Positions 56,132 through 64,000 of a stretch of 64,000 bases of DNA are shown piece after piece (the stretch's first letter is position 1; every line of letters starts with the position of its first letter). Origin of the DNA: a virus (taxonomy: Duplodnaviria; Caudoviricetes); the IMG/VR virus record IMGVR_UViG_3300020577_007013; one strand, 5' to 3'. Made by a program: the position numbers and the translations under genes. Under the pieces are notes generated by a model that worked only from the letters and a program-made list of their open reading frames with translations, was not told where the DNA came from and ran no database searches.

Positions 56132-56878
56132 CTATCTTCTTCTAGACGAAGAGCCAAAAGAGCTGCTTCTAGAACTTGAAGAACTTCTTGAAGATGAACT
56201 TCCATAAGAGCTTCTTGACGGACTGCTATAAGATGAACTTCTAGAAGAGCCACTATTTTTCGATAGATTTATTCTAGAAGAGCTGCTTTCTCTTCTTCTC
56301 TCTTCCCTACGTTCACGTCTTTCTTGTCTCATCTCTCTAGCCTTTACAGATCTTTCTCTCTGCTCAACTCTTCTAGCTCTCCTAGACTCCCAATCACTCA
56401 TCTTTTTGCTATCATAGGTTCTGTTATTGTTATTGATCACCGTTGTCTTATTTATCGTTGTGTGACCTCTACTATAAGAAGGTGGTGCATAGTAAGATCC
56501 TCCACCCATTCCATGAGCCATTGTCATACCCAACATAGTTCCAAGAAGAAAGTCTGAATTAGAATGACTTTGTTGAGGAACATAGTTGTTGATCACCTGT
56601 GGTGGTGGGTATTGCTGAAATGTTTGGAACTGAGGCTGACCATTCTGACCTTGAGTAGGAAGAACGAAGTTTCCTGTCTCTGTATCCTTGAACATGTGTT
56701 GACCAGTATCTTTGTCTTTGAAGACTCGAATGCCGACCTTGTCTTCGCATTGGTCTTGATCGGCGTATTTGAGACACTGTTTCATCTCATCAAGCTTTGA
56801 CATAAGCTTCTCTTTTTCTCTTTCTTTTTCTGAGCTACACCCTACAATGAATAGGGCAAGCAAAAGTAATTTTCTCAT
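56132..56878 (-). CDS. Lipoprotein with Arg/Ser-rich disordered tail
   Basis: LALFIVGC lipobox; SSRSSS repeats. Confidence 0.7.
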   Translation of the reverse strand: MRKLLLLALFIVGCSSEKEREKEKLMSKLDEMKQCLKYADQDQCEDKVGIRVFKDKDTGQHMFKDTETGNFVLPTQGQNGQPQFQTFQQYPPPQVINNYVPQQSHSNSDFLLGTMLGMTMAHGMGGGSYYAPPSYSRGHTTINKTTVINNNNRTYDSKKMSDWESRRARRVEQRERSVKAREMRQERRERREERRRESSSSRINLSKNSGSSRSSSYSSPSRSSYGSSSSRSSSSSRSSSFGSSSRRR

Positions 56879-57210
56879 ACTGAACTCCTTTTATCGACCA
56901 TAGTATTTCCCATAGTACAACCACAAATTCCAGATCCACCATTAAGGGGATTACAGGAACAGATGGAAGCATAAGGTACTTTTTCACTTTTAGTAAAGTC
57001 TTGAATTTGTGGAAAATCGAATTTTATTGTTGGGAGATCTGCCAGCAGAATAAAGTCTTTCTCATCGATTGTTCCTTCTTTATAAAGAGGAAGAATAATC
57101 TTGACTACATCTGACCTACTCCATTGATTTCCGAAGTAGACTGTGTTAAAGTTCTCTTCATTAATTTTGCCACTTTTAAAAAGTTTGAGTAATATTTCTT
57201 GTCTATTCAT
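56875..57210 (-). CDS. Hypothetical protein with Cys/Gly motif
   Basis: CSCNPLNGGSGICGC. Confidence 0.55.
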   Translation of the reverse strand: MNRQEILLKLFKSGKINEENFNTVYFGNQWSRSDVVKIILPLYKEGTIDEKDFILLADLPTIKFDFPQIQDFTKSEKVPYASICSCNPLNGGSGICGCTMGNTMVDKRSSV

Positions 57211-57404
57211 TCCGGTTCACACCTTACGACTTGATATCTGTAATGTCTTGTTTCTCTAACCTTTCCTATCTCACAAGTCGGTCTCTTGGTGACAATGTAC
57301 TCTCTTTGTTCTTCATCATCTATGCTCACTTCTTCCTCGACCACTACATACTGGCTACAAGTTCCATAAAATAAGAATGGAAGTAGTAAGAATAAGTATT
57401 TCAT
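57207..57404 (-). CDS. Small exported or lipoprotein
   Basis: MKYLFLLLPFLFYGTC. Confidence 0.55.
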   Translation of the reverse strand: MKYLFLLLPFLFYGTCSQYVVVEEEVSIDDEEQREYIVTKRPTCEIGKVRETRHYRYQVVRCEPE

Positions 57405-57829
57405 TTCGGTGGCTCCTTAAGCCGTTCATTGAGAATCGTTATGATTCGATTCTCCAAAGCTCTAGTAAGATCAAGTTCCTTTTTAGCTAGGTCCAATTGA
57501 TTCTTGTAGTAATTGTCATTTTGCATGGTAAAAAGTACTCTGTCTTCCAAAGCCTTAAGCTGATTGTCATAGAGATCTTTACATTCTGTTCGAACAAAGT
57601 AAGTTCCCTCATTCATAGCAGTTCTAGATGAGAGATAATTAAAAGCTTGAGATGTGAAGACGTCAGCTTTATTTTTACAAGCTTCTGTAATAGAAATTTT
57701 CTTCTCCCTTATCTCAGTCTTACGGACCATGGAGAAAGTCGTGAATGAAGAGACAAAGATAAGTGAAGCAACCGCTATCCCTATCTTCCAATAAGCTAAA
57801 GTTAAAGTCTTTTTCAGAATTTCTTCCAT
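57401..57829 (-). CDS. Single-pass membrane protein with coiled coil
   Basis: N-terminal TM helix. Confidence 0.55.
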   Translation of the reverse strand: MEEILKKTLTLAYWKIGIAVASLIFVSSFTTFSMVRKTEIREKKISITEACKNKADVFTSQAFNYLSSRTAMNEGTYFVRTECKDLYDNQLKALEDRVLFTMQNDNYYKNQLDLAKKELDLTRALENRIITILNERLKEPPK

Positions 57830-57838
57830 GGTAGTCTC

Positions 57839-58078
57839 CTATGAGTAAGTCTTGGGATTATTTTGGATGATGACTAGACAATTCTCAGGAAGTTTAATTC
57901 TCCCTGTAAAGTTCCCACCTTCATCGTAAATGTCGATAATTCCTTCGTCGATTTCATAATTGATTTCATAAGGAGCCACTCCACCAATTTTATCATTTCC
58001 ATCTATAGAGATGAGTATATCTCCTGAAGATGTCTTGACTTCCAAAGAAGGATATTTTGTCTTCGTTAATTTCGCCAT
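57839..58078 (-). CDS. Hypothetical protein
   Basis: GGAG RBS. Confidence 0.55.
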   Translation of the reverse strand: MAKLTKTKYPSLEVKTSSGDILISIDGNDKIGGVAPYEINYEIDEGIIDIYDEGGNFTGRIKLPENCLVIIQNNPKTYS

Positions 58079-58080
58079 AC

Positions 58081-58365
58081 TTACTCCATTATTGCAATGA
58101 GCTGAGACTCTTTTGCTACGAAGTATTCCTTGGAATCGATTTTCATTCTAGGAATTCTAGGACTAAAAAGAACAATGTCCCCTTCTTTTACATTCGATTT
58201 TACTGTGACTCCGTTTGCTGTGGTCCATTCAGGATTTACAAAACAGATTTTTCCTCTGATTACATTATCATCCTTAGCTACAGTAGCTGGAATAACGATT
58301 TGTCCTACAGTTTTTTCTTCTTCCTTAACTTCTTCGATAATGATTTGGTCGTTAATTGGTCTCAC
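58081..58365 (-). CDS. groES: GroES-like co-chaperonin
   Basis: RPINDQIII, TVGQIVIP, VKEGDIVLF, KESQLIAI. Confidence 0.85.
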   Translation of the reverse strand: MRPINDQIIIEEVKEEEKTVGQIVIPATVAKDDNVIRGKICFVNPEWTTANGVTVKSNVKEGDIVLFSPRIPRMKIDSKEYFVAKESQLIAIME

Positions 58366-58671
58366 GATTTCTCCTAAATGTCAAAAAGTAATAGCTTCCC
58401 TAAATAAAATATTGCTAAAAATAATTGAATTGTGATAAGCCACCGAGGACTCGTCCTTCTGAAAATGAGAATCAGAAGAGAGTTTACAGTTACTATAAAT
58501 ATGTCTACAATTATGTTGTTCATAAGAGTTCGATGATGTAAAGAATTATGAGGCAAATTCCAGCAGTGTGTCTTTGATCTTCAGTCCATTTCAATAAGTC
58601 GAAATGACCTGTAAAGAAATATCCCACAGTGTAGACCACAACAATTGGCCAAATGATTGAATAGAGAGTAC

Positions 58672-59247
58672 TCATCTCCAGCCTATAACTTGGTTCTCGT
58701 CAGCGAACCTTCTCCAAAAAACATGATCACCTTTCTTTTTTACTTTCCAACAAGTACGGTGTTCATTCTGATCAATAAAGCCTTTCGCAATTTCAGCTGA
58801 TTGTAGTAGTACTTCCACCTCAATATCAGGCTTTGGATAAGAGACTATATTCCATTCTCCTGGAGCTAGACTGTTGTCTGAATTATTTGGAATTATCACA
58901 TAAGGAACAAATGATTTCTGATCTGGGTACTCTAAATAGTTGACAGGAACTCCGATCTTGTGAGCATATTCAATTTCAGAACGTGTTGACTCACCTATGT
59001 ATCCACCTACATTGATAACGAAGATCTCATCTGAAATGTCGATTTTACGTTTATGAAGTTCGTCCAACTTAATCTTGTCTTCGACTGTGATGCCGACTTC
59101 TTCGCCGTGAGCTTTCTTGGAAGAATGTGGAAAAAACCCTACAGACAATACAATATTTCCATTCATTGTCTCTCTGAAATTCGCTTCTTGAAATTGTTCG
59201 TAGAATCTAGTAGATCCACAGAGTGTGATAATCTTAGGAAATGCCAT
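58672..59247 (-). CDS. Nucleoside 2-deoxyribosyltransferase-like (NDT/TIR-like fold) domain plus C-terminal accessory domain
   Basis: IITLCGSTRF, LHKRKIDISDEIFVINVGGYIGESTRSEIEYA. Confidence 0.7.
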   Translation of the reverse strand: MAFPKIITLCGSTRFYEQFQEANFRETMNGNIVLSVGFFPHSSKKAHGEEVGITVEDKIKLDELHKRKIDISDEIFVINVGGYIGESTRSEIEYAHKIGVPVNYLEYPDQKSFVPYVIIPNNSDNSLAPGEWNIVSYPKPDIEVEVLLQSAEIAKGFIDQNEHRTCWKVKKKGDHVFWRRFADENQVIGWR

Positions 59248-59259
59248 GGTTATTTATAT

Positions 59260-59745
59260 TTAGAAGTGATGCCACCACCAGCTAAAGCGCTCATTGAAAA
59301 GCTTCTTCCAATAGGCATAAATTTCTTGCTGACCTTTGGTTCTGAGAAGTCCACCTAATCGAAGTACTTTTTCGTTCGGTCGTATTCTTTTGAATTTAGA
59401 GAAAAGTTTCGGATAAACCCATTTGAGATCTTCACCGTCTAGAGCTTCTAAGATTATGGCGCAAGCTGATGATCTTGAAATTCCAGCTCTGCAATGTATG
59501 ATGAACGTTTTGTAAAGATGCTTGTATCCAAAATCGATGAGAGCTCTAATGTCTTCTTTTACAGGAGATCCTTCTCTATCATCTTCCACATCTAAGAATT
59601 CAAGTCTTAGTTTGGGAAGATTGGATTTTGTAAAAGCTCTAGGTGGCTTTGTTCCAGGACTCCCAATCGAAATTATACATTCAGGATTGTGCTTCTTAAG
59701 AGACTTTTTGAACCATCGAGCTTTCGTAATATCCAAACATTTCAT
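59260..59745 (-). CDS. Protein tyrosine/dual-specificity phosphatase
   Basis: HCRAGISRSSA (CX5R), RPN. Confidence 0.9.
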   Translation of the reverse strand: MKCLDITKARWFKKSLKKHNPECIISIGSPGTKPPRAFTKSNLPKLRLEFLDVEDDREGSPVKEDIRALIDFGYKHLYKTFIIHCRAGISRSSACAIILEALDGEDLKWVYPKLFSKFKRIRPNEKVLRLGGLLRTKGQQEIYAYWKKLFNERFSWWWHHF

Positions 59746-59779
59746 CTACTTAAATATATTTGAAGTTAGAAGAGAGCAT

Positions 59780-59801
59780 AAAAAAGCTCCTTGATAGGAG
59801 C
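59780..59801 (-). terminator. Intrinsic terminator ending the small-gene operon
   Basis: GCTCC-TATCAA-GGAGC then T6. Confidence 0.75.
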
Positions 59802-59822
59802 CGTAAGTGAAAGAAGAATCGA

Positions 59823-60011
59823 CTAGACCATTACGTAAAACTCAATTGTCTCTCCGTCATCTACCTTCCTATATTTGATGTCTTTGAGCTTGTATCCTTG
59901 AGACTTGAACTGTTTGATCTTATCTTCAAGAACTGTTTCTGACTCAAGTCCTTTGACATAATCGTCTCCGGACTGATTGAGTAAGACTCTTCCGATGACT
60001 TTTTCTTTCAT
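59823..60011 (-). CDS. Hypothetical protein
   Basis: GGAGG RBS. Confidence 0.6.
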   Translation of the reverse strand: MKEKVIGRVLLNQSGDDYVKGLESETVLEDKIKQFKSQGYKLKDIKYRKVDDGETIEFYVMV

Positions 60012-60205
60012 TGAACCTCCACATATTCCATTGCGAGTACCAGGACTTCGTCGTAGCTTCCTGATTGGAAAGCTTTGGAAGTGAATTCTGCTGCTTGTTC
60101 TTTAAGTCCTTCTTTCTTTAAGGCTCTTGCTACAAGTCCTATGACTGTAAAGACATTTCCGTCTTCTCCTACGAGCTTGCATTTTGGTTTTTTCGTTGCT
60201 TCCAT
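60008..60205 (-). CDS. Conserved small phage protein
   Basis: LVGEDGNVF..IG...RAL...SYDEVL motif. Confidence 0.65.
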   Translation of the reverse strand: MEATKKPKCKLVGEDGNVFTVIGLVARALKKEGLKEQAAEFTSKAFQSGSYDEVLVLAMEYVEVQ

Positions 60206-60218
60206 TTTACTTCTCCTT

Positions 60219-60470
60219 TTATCCTATGTATTTTCCTTCGCAGACTATAACATCTCCGACAATCGTTTGACCGGCAATGGTCGAGGCTTTTCTGTTGTAG
60301 AGCTTCTGTTTGAGTTGACCTTCTTCATCGACCACAATCAGAAGCTGTCTGTCAGCTGATGGTACAATCTCAATGTATCCTCCAACTGTTTTCTGCATAA
60401 ACTCTAAGGAGAGTTGGTCTTCTCCTTCGATGTCCTTTTCCGTCCCGTCAATCTTGATTATCTTTTTCAT
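60219..60470 (-). CDS. DUF3846-like protein
   Basis: MQKTVGGYIE, VDEEG, N..AS, IVGDV. Confidence 0.75.
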   Translation of the reverse strand: MKKIIKIDGTEKDIEGEDQLSLEFMQKTVGGYIEIVPSADRQLLIVVDEEGQLKQKLYNRKASTIAGQTIVGDVIVCEGKYIG

Positions 60471-60799
60471 TTATGTTCTCCTTTTGTCAGATTTCCGTTC
60501 GTGTCCATTTTTCCTTGATCCGTGAGTCTATGAGCTTCTTCTATGTCATCAGCTCTTTCCTCATAAGCTTTGTTTCGCTTCTCATTTTCCTTTTCTCTCT
60601 CAAGTTGCCTTTCAGCACATTTGACTGCAAGATCTCTTAATTGGTCCATGATCTTCATCAGTCCCATTCTCTCTTCAGAAGTTGTGTGAAATCCGAGTCT
60701 GATGAGTTGGTCGATATGTTCGTTCCAACTTTTTAGATAGACTGTATCGAGAAGGACTTTTTGAGTCCTTCTCTCTAGTGAAGTTTCTTGTTCGCTCAT
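60467..60799 (-). CDS. Hypothetical protein (start reassigned to MSEQET)
   Basis: AAGGA RBS. Confidence 0.55.
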   Translation of the reverse strand: MSEQETSLERRTQKVLLDTVYLKSWNEHIDQLIRLGFHTTSEERMGLMKIMDQLRDLAVKCAERQLEREKENEKRNKAYEERADDIEEAHRLTDQGKMDTNGNLTKGEHK

Positions 60800-60800
60800 T

Positions 60801-61115
60801 TTAGTTTTTCCTTGCATTGAGTATGAGCTCAATGGCTTGTTCATTTTCAGTAATCGTTTTCTTGGCTTTCTCAATATTGCTTTTCAGCTTCGCAATTGCC
60901 GAGCATTTTGGACAGATGATCCCGTTCGGTTTGTATCGAGCATAGTTGTTTGAGAGTCCCGGCTTTCCGCAAAGAGATTGATCAGTGTAGAGATGAATTT
61001 CGTCTCCTCGTCCAGAGAATCTGAAGTAGCTTTTGCCATTGACTTCCATGTAAGTTTCTTCAGTCTCTCCATGTGGCCAACGTTGTTCTTCTTTCGAAAG
61101 TGTCTTAGTTTTCAT
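60801..61115 (-). CDS. Hypothetical protein with H-C-CxxC motif
   Basis: AAGGAG RBS; IH...LCG...CPKC. Confidence 0.55.
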   Translation of the reverse strand: MKTKTLSKEEQRWPHGETEETYMEVNGKSYFRFSGRGDEIHLYTDQSLCGKPGLSNNYARYKPNGIICPKCSAIAKLKSNIEKAKKTITENEQAIELILNARKN

Positions 61116-61288
61116 AGTGAGTCTCCTTTTACAAGTCCCATTCTCTTGGCTTGTTCTACTGTAATTTCGAGTTCTTCGTCTCTGTCAAGTTGTCCTTCTT
61201 TGATTGCCCATTCGTTGTAGCCGGTTGCATCACAGAAGTCTGACCAACTGACTCCACATTGTTCGAGTTCATTGACTGATATTGTCAT
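61112..61288 (-). CDS. Small hypothetical protein
   Basis: AAGGAG RBS before MTISV. Confidence 0.55.
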   Translation of the reverse strand: MTISVNELEQCGVSWSDFCDATGYNEWAIKEGQLDRDEELEITVEQAKRMGLVKGDSL

Positions 61289-61443
61289 TTGTTTTCTCCT
61301 TTGCAATTTTTATTTGTGACTGTACTGTAGTGAGCCCATTGTTCTTTGTTAGGCTCATATCCTTTTATGCATAGAGTAGAAAGGTCGAGTTCCTTTCCGC
61401 AGTGGATGCATTGGAAGATTCTGCTGTCCGTTTTCATAAAGTT

Positions 61444-61752
61444 TCAAAAATGTGGATTTTGGGAATAGAATCGTTCTCCTATGTGCCATCCCCATCCTTT
61501 TCTCATTCCGACTCCTTCTTCTACCCATCGACCATTTTTTCTTAAAGTGAGGGTTTGTGTTCGTCCATTAGGATTTGGAGTGAACTCACATTTGAGAGGT
61601 CCTTCTTTATGTTGTGAGTATTTCTCAAGTACTTTGTACTCATCTGCTTGGACGATGATCTTTTTCGGTGAAACAACTTCGATGATTGTGTATGGATAAC
61701 GGTCTCCATTGAATCCCGTTGTTGCTCCCATTCCGACTTTTACTTCTTTCAT
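61444..61752 (-). CDS. Conserved phage hypothetical protein
   Basis: VGMGAT...DRYPYTI...LRKNGRW. Confidence 0.6.
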   Translation of the reverse strand: MKEVKVGMGATTGFNGDRYPYTIIEVVSPKKIIVQADEYKVLEKYSQHKEGPLKCEFTPNPNGRTQTLTLRKNGRWVEEGVGMRKGWGWHIGERFYSQNPHF

Positions 61753-61765
61753 TGTGTGCTCCTTT

Positions 61766-62260
61766 TTAGTCTGCCGTTATTGGAACGATTGCTCCTGGAT
61801 TTACGTAAGGAGCTTGAAATTTCTCTTCGACTTTGACTGCTGTCATTCTTCGAAAAGCTCCGAGTCCTCTTTCTCCTGAGTCGTAAATCTCGAATCTGTG
61901 AGTTCCGTCTAGAGGAACTTGGTTGATAGAGCTGAACTCTCTTGAACTGAAGTGACATCCAAGCAAAGAGTACTGATTATACTCCAAGAATTCTCCGTCT
62001 TTCTTGATTCGTTCCAGCCTCTTCTTGATTTCGCTCTTCATAGATTCTGATTGACTGTGGTGATGGAAGAGAACGTCGGTCTTTAGCATGAACTTTAGGA
62101 TCTGTATCTCTGACCTCAGTCTTCCTTTCCTAATTTTCTCTTCTTGTTTTTGTCTCGCTTTATGTTCTCGATCAGCTTTTCTCCGAGCTCTCTGTTCTTG
62201 AAGTTGCTCTTTTGTAAGTTTCGGTGGCATTGGCATTTGTGTACTCATTTTATCCTCCAT
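61766..62260 (-). CDS. Hypothetical protein
   Basis: GGAGGA RBS before MSTQM. Confidence 0.55.
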   Translation of the reverse strand: MEDKMSTQMPMPPKLTKEQLQEQRARRKADREHKARQKQEEKIRKGRLRSEIQILKFMLKTDVLFHHHSQSESMKSEIKKRLERIKKDGEFLEYNQYSLLGCHFSSREFSSINQVPLDGTHRFEIYDSGERGLGAFRRMTAVKVEEKFQAPYVNPGAIVPITAD

Positions 62261-62478
62261 TCTGGTTCGAATGAAATTTGGTAATCGTCTATTGTGACTG
62301 TGTCTGAGTCTCTATCGACCATCCATTCAAAGAGAGTCTGCAGCCGGCTTTTGTTTTCTGAAAGTCGTTTTGACTTTTCTACGATCTGAGTTTCTCCTGA
62401 CTTTTGATGAGTGATCTTGACTTTTGTGACGAATTCCAACAGTCGAGATACTTCATTTTTTACAAGATGTGCTTTCAT
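62245..62478 (-). CDS. Hypothetical protein
   Basis: AAGGAG RBS. Confidence 0.55.
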   Translation of the reverse strand: MKAHLVKNEVSRLLEFVTKVKITHQKSGETQIVEKSKRLSENKSRLQTLFEWMVDRDSDTVTIDDYQISFEPEWRIK

Positions 62479-62693
62479 TTGAGTCTCCTTTCGATTTCAC
62501 GAAGCTCGGTTAAGAGTTTCTCATCGATCTTCTCGAATTTCATTAGAGCGAAGATGGCTTTCTTGAGAGAGCCTTTAGCTTTTCCAATGTGCTTTTGGAA
62601 GATTAGGGCTTTGGCTTTTGACTCTTCCACTTTATGCTTTCTTTTGGTACGGTTTATCTCTTTTTTCAGAGGTTCTATGGAAGTCTTTTTCAA
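62475..62693 (-). CDS. Basic hypothetical protein (TTG start after AAGGAG)
   Basis: First gene after TATTATA near 62733-62739. Confidence 0.55.
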   Translation of the reverse strand: MKKTSIEPLKKEINRTKRKHKVEESKAKALIFQKHIGKAKGSLKKAIFALMKFEKIDEKLLTELREIERRLK

Positions 62694-62762
62694 GGTGTTC
62701 TCCTTTGTTTTATTGTTATTTGTTTTAACAAGTATAATATATATAATTTTGACTAAACTGAA

Positions 62763-62878
62763 CAAAAAACGTCATACCACCAGGGATCACCCGAGTCACT
62801 CAGCCGAATATTGACCCTGGAAGACCCCAGAAGATCAAGGTGACTGGAGGGATTTCAAATTAATTAAAAAGTCAGATG
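62763..62878 (-). ncRNA. Candidate structured small RNA downstream of tnpB; contains dispersed repeat copy 2
   Basis: GC-rich island, stem CCAGGGTCA...TGATCCCTGG, T6 tract at 3' end, CATTATA element just upstream. Confidence 0.4.
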
Positions 62879-62921
62879 CACAAGTATAATGTAATGTTTT
62901 CTTTTTCAAAGTCCATCCCAA

Positions 62922-63998
62922 CTAAAAGTCGGTCAAAACTTTAGGCCTAAACACAAGGCCACTAGAGATTATCTGCCTTACGACAGAGTCATCTTTACAT
63001 TTTCTCAAGATATTCAATGCTCCGTTTATGTCAGCATTGATCGTCTTGTTCGAAGACTCATCTAAATAGAGTCCTCTTTTAATTCGTCTTCCACAAAATT
63101 GGTCTTTTTTCTCCATCGATTCCATCGACAGGCTTGAGCTTTTTGATGTATAAGACTCTTCTTGCAGTGTGACTTTAATTCCTCTTTCTTCTCCTTTATA
63201 AGTTAGGTAGGTATTCAATTTCGCATAAGGAATTTGAACGAAATTTTGATTCGTCTTTGCTCCTAAATTTACAAACTTTTTCCAACCTTGATTGTAACCG
63301 ATTATAATTTCGTCTATGCCATTTTTGACGCAGTAGTCTATGAGTGACTTTGAAAGCTTGTGGAAATAGTCTCTAAAAATGTTCTCTCTTTTATTCCAGA
63401 GTCTTCGTATTCGTTTTGATGACTTTTGATTTTTAGGAAGCTCTGATTTTGCTTTTCCAATTTTTTTATTGAAGTAACGGTTCAGGCTCTTGACCTTTCC
63501 ACCTTTGACAATATGAGCTTCATTGGTAGAAGAATTCACAGTACTGAGAAGATTTGAGATGCCGTAGTCAATAGAAAGTTTTTCAGTTCCGTCTACTTGT
63601 ATTTTTTCTTCAAGGTCTTTATAGACGACTTCTAGTGAGAAGAATTCTCCTTTGGGAACAATTCTAATTTCCACTACGTCTTTTCTTTTCATATCCATCG
63701 TAAATGGAATTTCTAGAAATTTCGAGTTGACTGAGCTTTTCAAAATTTTTGGTATTGTTAATAATACTTTTTCTCCCATAATTCTGAAATGAGCTCTAGG
63801 AAAAATTGTATTAAACAGACTCTCTTTTTCTTTGTATTTAGGAAGACTTACTTTTCCAGAGTAAGATCCTTTATTTTTAATTTTAAGAAGAGAGAAAAAA
63901 CTTTTCATATCTCTTTCGACATATTTTAAGACTTGTTGAGCTGAGTGAGATGGGAGACTTTTATAGTGTTCATTAGTTTTCAATAAATGATAGTTTTC
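62922..63998 (-). CDS. tnpB: TnpB (IS1341/IS605 OrfB type, rearranged RuvC-II, no zinc finger); 5' end outside window
   Basis: LSIDYG, IIIGYNQGWK, NQNFVQIPY, QEESYTSK, INADINGALNI. Confidence 0.92.
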   Translation of the reverse strand, partial: ENYHLLKTNEHYKSLPSHSAQQVLKYVERDMKSFFSLLKIKNKGSYSGKVSLPKYKEKESLFNTIFPRAHFRIMGEKVLLTIPKILKSSVNSKFLEIPFTMDMKRKDVVEIRIVPKGEFFSLEVVYKDLEEKIQVDGTEKLSIDYGISNLLSTVNSSTNEAHIVKGGKVKSLNRYFNKKIGKAKSELPKNQKSSKRIRRLWNKRENIFRDYFHKLSKSLIDYCVKNGIDEIIIGYNQGWKKFVNLGAKTNQNFVQIPYAKLNTYLTYKGEERGIKVTLQEESYTSKSSSLSMESMEKKDQFCGRRIKRGLYLDESSNKTINADINGALNILRKCKDDSVVRQIISSGLVFRPKVLTDF

Positions 63999-64000
63999 CA

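Noticed and set aside
1998..62814. Many short plus-strand ORFs in the track (e.g. 3317..3778, 23078..23470, 37236..37634, 55796..56113)
   Set aside because: They are antisense shadows of well-supported minus-strand genes, Ser/Phe/Leu-rich and without RBS or motifs.
26584..63998. TnpB genes as Cas12f/type V CRISPR effectors or complete IS elements
   Set aside because: No adjacent array or cas1/cas2, and no tnpA in the window; the upstream context of the third copy lies outside the window.
1..64000. CRISPR array, tRNA or rRNA genes
   Set aside because: No regularly spaced direct repeats or cloverleaf-like sequences seen in the few intergenic gaps; the Cas4-like exonuclease at 29501..30310 has no cas neighbours. 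A tRNAscan/CRISPR-finder run would be needed to be certain.

Overview
AT-rich, densely coded 64 kb segment that reads as part of a large (jumbo-type) dsDNA phage genome. About 90% of genes are on the minus strand, standard code 11 fits, and I saw no rRNA, tRNA, CRISPR array or recognisable capsid/tail gene. Main blocks: (1) tRNA/RNA repair cluster at 1-9.6 kb (RNase Z-like MBL hydrolase, CCA-type nucleotidyltransferase, two RNA ligases, RlaP-like NTase, Thg1, PNK/phosphatase), interrupted by a repeat-rich putative homing endonuclease; (2) accessory enzymes (AdoMetDC, thermonuclease lipoprotein, Ter-type PRTase and HAD, metallophosphoesterase, CYTH, Pth2, Nudix); (3) a nicotinamidase-vWA-PP2C-kinase operon resembling TerY-P; (4) replication/recombination genes (SSB-like, PD-(D/E)XK exonuclease, primase-like, SbcD, DnaX-like clamp loader, RuvC-like, dNMP kinase, ThyX); (5) a telA-xpaC-terD x3-terC cluster; (6) small putative early genes; (7) three solo TnpB genes. 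Main findings from reading the sequence: six otherwise unrelated proteins share an N-terminal Y-K-S-x-F-x-E tag, and their transcription units start with an ACTAA(T/A)-N4-5-start motif (candidate capsid-targeting/injection system with a late promoter); a structured element downstream of a TnpB matches a distant promoter-proximal site at 19/20 nt; and two paralogues share an N-terminal domain but end in EF-Ts-like or L7/L12-like modules. All functional calls come from motif recognition by eye, without database searches.
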